From: Candidatus Onthoplasma sp.
Lineage (GTDB): Bacteria; Bacillota; Clostridia; Christensenellales; UBA1242
Assembly: GCA_045598895.1 (NCBI GenBank)
Contig: JAZRUZ010000049.1
Location: 1 to 51,610, forward strand
Direction of reading: 5' to 3'
DNA: 51,610 nucleotides
Shown: in pieces, positions 47,102 to 51,610 of the stretch
How the letters are laid out: every line of letters begins with the position of its first letter
Numbering within the stretch: position 1 is the stretch's first letter
Notes under the pieces: generated by a model
Databases searched by the model: none
Told to the model about the DNA's origin: nothing
Seen by the model: the letters and a program-made list of their open reading frames with translations, nothing else
Position numbers and translations under genes: made by a program

Positions 47102-47767
47102 ATGTTAGTTTTGACATTTTTAAAACCACAATTTGCAACAAAAACAAACATTAATATTGTTAAATCCCATTACTTTACAAAAGTAAACAAATGCGAAGTT
47201 GTTGCAGAATTTGATGGGATTTATAGTGCAGAAGATTGCACAAAACACTACGCTCATTTAAAAAGTAAACCAGCCATTTTTGAAGAAACTTTTGATTATA
47301 TTACAAGTGATGGCATTTATGCAATGATAATTGATTATGCAGGAACTGAAGAAGAATGGAAAACTGATAGACTTAGGATTATTGGTGCTACAAAAGAGGT
47401 TGACCTTATTCCTGGTTGCATTCGATATGATTTCACTATTGGTTTAGGCATGCATTATAACATTGGAAAAAATGTAATGCATTCATCAGACAGCAGGTTG
47501 GCAGCGACTAAAGAGATAATGATTGCACTAAATGTTTTATTACGCAGCGCTGAACAAGAAATCATTTCGAAAGACAGATTTAATGAAATTGTAGCAAAAT
47601 TAATTGATGCAAACGCTAAAGAATTACAACAAATTTATATCGAGAGAAAAAATGTTAAAAAAACAGATAAAGATAAAATTTATGATCTAGACGTACTAAT
47701 TAAAGCAAAAAAAGAATTAGCATACAAACTAGTTGACATTATCGAAAGTGTTTACAGCGTAGATTAA
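47102..47767 (+). CDS. ndk: Nucleoside diphosphate kinase with a C-terminal extension (start revised from 47027)
   Basis: FLKP, HYAHLKSKP, IGAT, PGCIRYDF, NVMHSSDS; TTGACA-17-TAATAT promoter and AGGAG RBS. Confidence 0.8.
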   Translation: MLVLTFLKPQFATKTNINIVKSHYFTKVNKCEVVAEFDGIYSAEDCTKHYAHLKSKPAIFEETFDYITSDGIYAMIIDYAGTEEEWKTDRLRIIGATKEVDLIPGCIRYDFTIGLGMHYNIGKNVMHSSDSRLAATKEIMIALNVLLRSAEQEIISKDRFNEIVAKLIDANAKELQQIYIERKNVKKTDKDKIYDLDVLIKAKKELAYKLVDIIESVYSVD

Positions 47768-47862
47768 AAAATCACCTTGTTAGGTGATTTTTTAATTGAT
47801 ATATACTTTACTATATATTTTTTTAATAATAAACTTTATATTGTTAAATTTTTTTTAATTAA

Positions 47863-49047
47863 TTATTTATTTGTTTTTTCTGTATCAATAGCAATCATAA
47901 GTTCTTCATTTGTAGGAATTCTTAAAACTTTTACTTTACTATTTTCTTTAGAGAAAGTTTCAATAGTTCCTCTAGGTGCATTTTTATTGTAGTCGTAGTC
48001 AAGTTCGATACCCAAATACTCCATATCTTTACAAACTGCTTCTCTAACTAAATAGTCGTTTTCGCCAACACCTGCTGTGAATACTAAGTAGTCTACTCCA
48101 TTCATAGCTGCAGCATATGCACCAATATATTTTTTAATAGAGTAAACTAGCATATCAAAAGCAAGTTTAACTTTAGGTTCATCAAGATGAGCATCGACAT
48201 CTCTTAAATCGCTATATCCACAAATACCAAGTAGTCCACTTCGTTTGTTAAGCATATTAGTAATTTCATCAATGTTTTTACCTGTAATTTCCATTAAGTC
48301 TTTTATAACGCTTGGATCTAAATCTCCTGAACGAGTTCCCATAACTAAACCAGCAAGTGGAGTGTAACCCATAGAGGTATCTACACATTTGCCATCTTTA
48401 ATAGCACAAATACTACTACCTGAACCTAAATGACAAGATATAACTTTTTTACCAACTAGAGAACCAAACATTTCTTCAAGTTGAGTTGCAATAAACCTAT
48501 GGCTTGTTCCGTGTGCTCCATATCTTCTAATTTTGTTCTTTTCATAAAATTCATAAGGAACTGCATACATATAGGCTTTTTCTGGCATAGTTGCATGGAA
48601 AGATGTATCAAAAACGGCAACATTTTTCTTACCAGGCATCAAATCTAAACAAATTCTAATACCTAAAAGAGCCGCATTGTTATGTAGTGGTGAATAATGT
48701 ATATAATTTTTTAAATCCTCATAAACATCATCATCAACAACTATTGATTTATTATACTTATCTCCAAAATTTACAAGACGATGTCCTACTGCTCCTATTT
48801 CATCTAGGCTTGAAATCACACCTAAATCTTTACTAACTAAAGTATCTAAAACTAATTGAAATGCCTCTTTATGGTTAGGCATATCATGGTTAATTATATG
48901 CTTTTCGCCACCTTTTTTGTAGGTCATAAATGATTCACCTAAACCAATTCTTTCACAATATGCATTAGCGAAAGACTCTTTTGTATCGGTATCTATTACT
49001 TGAGCCTTCAAACTACTGCTACCTGAATTTACAACTAAAACTTTCAT
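47863..49047 (-). CDS. ackA: Acetate kinase
   Basis: VNSGSSSLK, PLHN, VFDTSFH, YGAHGTSH, CHLGSGSS, GTRSGD, TNEELMIA. Confidence 0.96.
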   Translation of the reverse strand: MKVLVVNSGSSSLKAQVIDTDTKESFANAYCERIGLGESFMTYKKGGEKHIINHDMPNHKEAFQLVLDTLVSKDLGVISSLDEIGAVGHRLVNFGDKYNKSIVVDDDVYEDLKNYIHYSPLHNNAALLGIRICLDLMPGKKNVAVFDTSFHATMPEKAYMYAVPYEFYEKNKIRRYGAHGTSHRFIATQLEEMFGSLVGKKVISCHLGSGSSICAIKDGKCVDTSMGYTPLAGLVMGTRSGDLDPSVIKDLMEITGKNIDEITNMLNKRSGLLGICGYSDLRDVDAHLDEPKVKLAFDMLVYSIKKYIGAYAAAMNGVDYLVFTAGVGENDYLVREAVCKDMEYLGIELDYDYNKNAPRGTIETFSKENSKVKVLRIPTNEELMIAIDTEKTNK

Positions 49048-49214
49048 CTTTACTCCTTAAATTAGTTTAATTATAGTATTTTTTTCTTATTTTTGTCAAA
49101 CAAAATACGAATACCTATTTTAAATAGCACATAAAAAATATGAGGAATAATCCTCATATTTTACATATTTGCAAACTTTTTATGATAAATAGATTTTAAT
49201 CTATGTATCTCTAA

Positions 49215-51593
49215 TTATTTCTTACCTTTAGAAATCTTTGAATTCTTTTCTAATAGTTTAGCTGATTCTTGAAGTTTTTTGTTTTCTTTAGCAATTTCCT
49301 TATCAATTTCTTTTAGATAATTTTCAATATCATCTATTTCATTGTTGGAATTCTTTTTAGGTCTTCCTCGGCCTTTCTTAATAGAAATAATCTCTCTATT
49401 TATTTCTACCTTTCTAGGTCTACCTCTACCTTTCTTAATATTTTCAACTTTAACTTCTTTCGAACCATTATCAGAATTCTTCTTAGGTCTTCCTCGGCCT
49501 TTTTTAACTTTTTCAGTCTTGACTTCGTTATTTATCTTTTTAGGTCTTCCGGGATGCTTTTTAGGTTCTATTACTTCTTTTTCTGGTTCTTTGTATACAA
49601 TATTCATTTCATAAGGTTTTTCATTTTTTTCGCCATATGCGACTTCCGAAGTTGTATTTACCTCTTCGTCAATTTGATTTTCTTCAATGTCGCCTACGTC
49701 ATGTTTTTCTTCCTCGTTAAAATTAGATCCATTATTGTCTTGGTTGAATTTAGATCCGTTATTATCTGTGTTAAAATTCAATCCATTGTTTTCTCCGTTG
49801 GGATTAGATCCATTGTTTTCTGCATTGTAACTAGGATAATTATTGTATGAGTTAAAATTAGATCCATTTTTGTCTTGGTTGAAATTTGATCCGTTATTAT
49901 CTTTGTTGTCAAAATTTTCTAATTCGTTTTCAGTATTTAAGTTTGTATCTTCGACTTTTCCATATTCGCTAGGATTAACATCAGTATTTGAAGAACCATC
50001 TTGTAGTTTCTCTTCTTCTTTATTCTCAACCGAATTATCAATACCTAAAAGTTCTGGATTGTCACCTGTAATTTCTACAAGTTTATCATTTAATTCTTGA
50101 TTTCTTGAATACACTTCATCAATCTCGGTTTCTTTTATTTTTAGTTTTTCTTCAAGTTCTTTTACGTATTGATTAAGTTTTGTAAGTTTATCTTTTTCTC
50201 TTTCGTCAGCAAGTTTTTTAGCAGCATCATAGACCTTATTTGAATAAGTAGCAAACTCAGCTGACATAGAATCTTCTAATACTTTACGACTTTCTGCTCT
50301 AAACTTATCAATTGCATCAAGTTCTGCTTGGTAACTTGCCATAACTTTTTTATGTTGTTCGGTTGCGACATCATAATCTCTCTCTAAATTACGTTGTCTA
50401 TCAAGTTCTTGTTGTTGTTGTTTCTTAATATAGTTGGATTCAATTGATGAAGTAACATCTTCAAGTTGCTTTTTGAAATTTTCAAAAGTCTCTTTTGAAA
50501 CTTGCATTTGTCTATTATATTCTTTTGTTATTTCACGATAATTGCTTTCTTCTGATGTAATATCAGAGTTAATTTGTTCAACATCTTGATTATATTTTTT
50601 TCTTTCTGCCATAAAGTTTTCAGCTTCTTGCATAGCACGTTCAAGGACTAATGAACCTTCAACACCATTCTCATCAAAGTTGAATTTTTCATGTTCAACA
50701 TTTTTAAGTCTTGCTCTTTCAAGTTCGCGTTGTTCTTCTTCGGCTCTCTTTTGAAGATACGCATAAAGAACAGGAATACCATGTTTAATTTCATTTCTAT
50801 CGAACAACACTTCATAATCTATATATTCAGGAAGCGTTTGGGTGGCCTTATCAATATTTACTTCAAAGTATTGATAGTTTTGATACAGGTCACTTACTAA
50901 TGAATTATGTCTTAAATCTAAGAAAATGGTAACAACATAATTAACTAATAAAATGATTACAGGTGTAACCAATACAGATCTTAGTACTTGTGAAAATTCA
51001 CCATAAGAGAAATATAAATTTAATAGAATAGCAGTTATAGAAAATATTATTGCTAGTGAGTGCATTAAATTAATATCTCTTTTGTATGAACTATTTTTAA
51101 TTGGATTCTCAACACAGTTTTGGAATGACATATAATCACTTGCTTTGCCATCTCTATAAAGAACATAAGATTGCCATTGTTTGCGAAGTTGTTTTGGAAC
51201 CTTTCCTGACTTCATCTTGTTATTAAATGCAACCAAGTTATCTTCAGTAATTTGAGGATTATTCAAGAAATAATTATTGAACATATCTATAGCCTTAATA
51301 AGCTTAGACTCATAAGATCTTGATGTTGAAATTATTACACAAATTGCCGTGAATAAAAATAATCCAACAAATATCAAAAAAACTACATTATAACTGCCAA
51401 CACTCTCATTTATTTTGTCCTGTGCTGTTTTTATTACTTCCTGCATCTTCATATAATCATTTCGATATGACATTTGAATTTGAATTATTTTTTCTAATTT
51501 AGCTTTCTGCTCTGCAATCTTCACATCAAATGCTTTCACTATTTCCTCATCATTCTTTTTAAGAAGCTCTTTTATTTCTTCGATTGAAAACAT
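49215..51593 (-). CDS. Membrane protein with coiled coil, Asn-rich repeats and AT-hooks (start uncertain; the frame is open to the window edge)
   Basis: 3 TM segments, long coiled coil, NGSNFN-like repeats, four GRP motifs. Confidence 0.75.
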   Translation of the reverse strand: MFSIEEIKELLKKNDEEIVKAFDVKIAEQKAKLEKIIQIQMSYRNDYMKMQEVIKTAQDKINESVGSYNVVFLIFVGLFLFTAICVIISTSRSYESKLIKAIDMFNNYFLNNPQITEDNLVAFNNKMKSGKVPKQLRKQWQSYVLYRDGKASDYMSFQNCVENPIKNSSYKRDINLMHSLAIIFSITAILLNLYFSYGEFSQVLRSVLVTPVIILLVNYVVTIFLDLRHNSLVSDLYQNYQYFEVNIDKATQTLPEYIDYEVLFDRNEIKHGIPVLYAYLQKRAEEEQRELERARLKNVEHEKFNFDENGVEGSLVLERAMQEAENFMAERKKYNQDVEQINSDITSEESNYREITKEYNRQMQVSKETFENFKKQLEDVTSSIESNYIKKQQQQELDRQRNLERDYDVATEQHKKVMASYQAELDAIDKFRAESRKVLEDSMSAEFATYSNKVYDAAKKLADEREKDKLTKLNQYVKELEEKLKIKETEIDEVYSRNQELNDKLVEITGDNPELLGIDNSVENKEEEKLQDGSSNTDVNPSEYGKVEDTNLNTENELENFDNKDNNGSNFNQDKNGSNFNSYNNYPSYNAENNGSNPNGENNGLNFNTDNNGSKFNQDNNGSNFNEEEKHDVGDIEENQIDEEVNTTSEVAYGEKNEKPYEMNIVYKEPEKEVIEPKKHPGRPKKINNEVKTEKVKKGRGRPKKNSDNGSKEVKVENIKKGRGRPRKVEINREIISIKKGRGRPKKNSNNEIDDIENYLKEIDKEIAKENKKLQESAKLLEKNSKISKGKK
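49718..49900. repeat. Intragenic degenerate tandem repeats encoding NNGSNFN-like units
   Basis: Repeated GATCCRTT; about seven NG(S/L)x(F/P)N units. Confidence 0.75.
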
Positions 51594-51610
51594 AGCATCC
51601 TGAAGATTTT

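Noticed and set aside
49342-49900. Repeats as a CRISPR array
   Set aside because: They are degenerate, in-frame peptide repeats with no unique spacers and no cas genes
136-50900. Numerous 60-130 aa antisense or nested ORFs in the track
   Set aside because: They lie within well-supported genes and have no RBS or recognisable motifs

Overview
Very AT-rich chromosomal segment from a low-GC, probably endospore-forming Firmicute (Clostridia-like; the taxonomy is inferred from spmAB, sigmaA/E/G-type promoters, Spo0A boxes and a T-box). It is mostly housekeeping and envelope genes: pgm, a Ca2+-type P-ATPase, a long RSH, glycosyl/acyl transferases, mazF, spmAB, an LTA synthase, rsmF, an Asp T-box-aspS-asnS operon, gltX-gatCAB, ndk, ackA, tRNA-Asn, tRNA-Thr, and several surface lipoproteins. 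I found no CRISPR array, transposase, integrase or reverse transcriptase. The main unexplained signals are: (1) a candidate leaderless Gln-codon uORF/attenuator upstream of gltX-gatCAB; (2) a GatA lacking its glutaminase catalytic motifs, next to a G1-C72 tRNA-Asn and a discriminating-looking archaeal-type AspRS; (3) further apparent pseudo-enzymes (Walker-A-less Rho, hydrolase-dead ACT-less Rel, CYTH without ExE); (4) recurrent leaderless promoters; (5) an unannotated 27-aa membrane peptide coupled to a metal transporter; (6) mazF without a recognisable antitoxin behind a sigmaG-like promoter; (7) a membrane coiled-coil protein with AT-hooks. All protein calls come from motifs read by eye; no database search was run.
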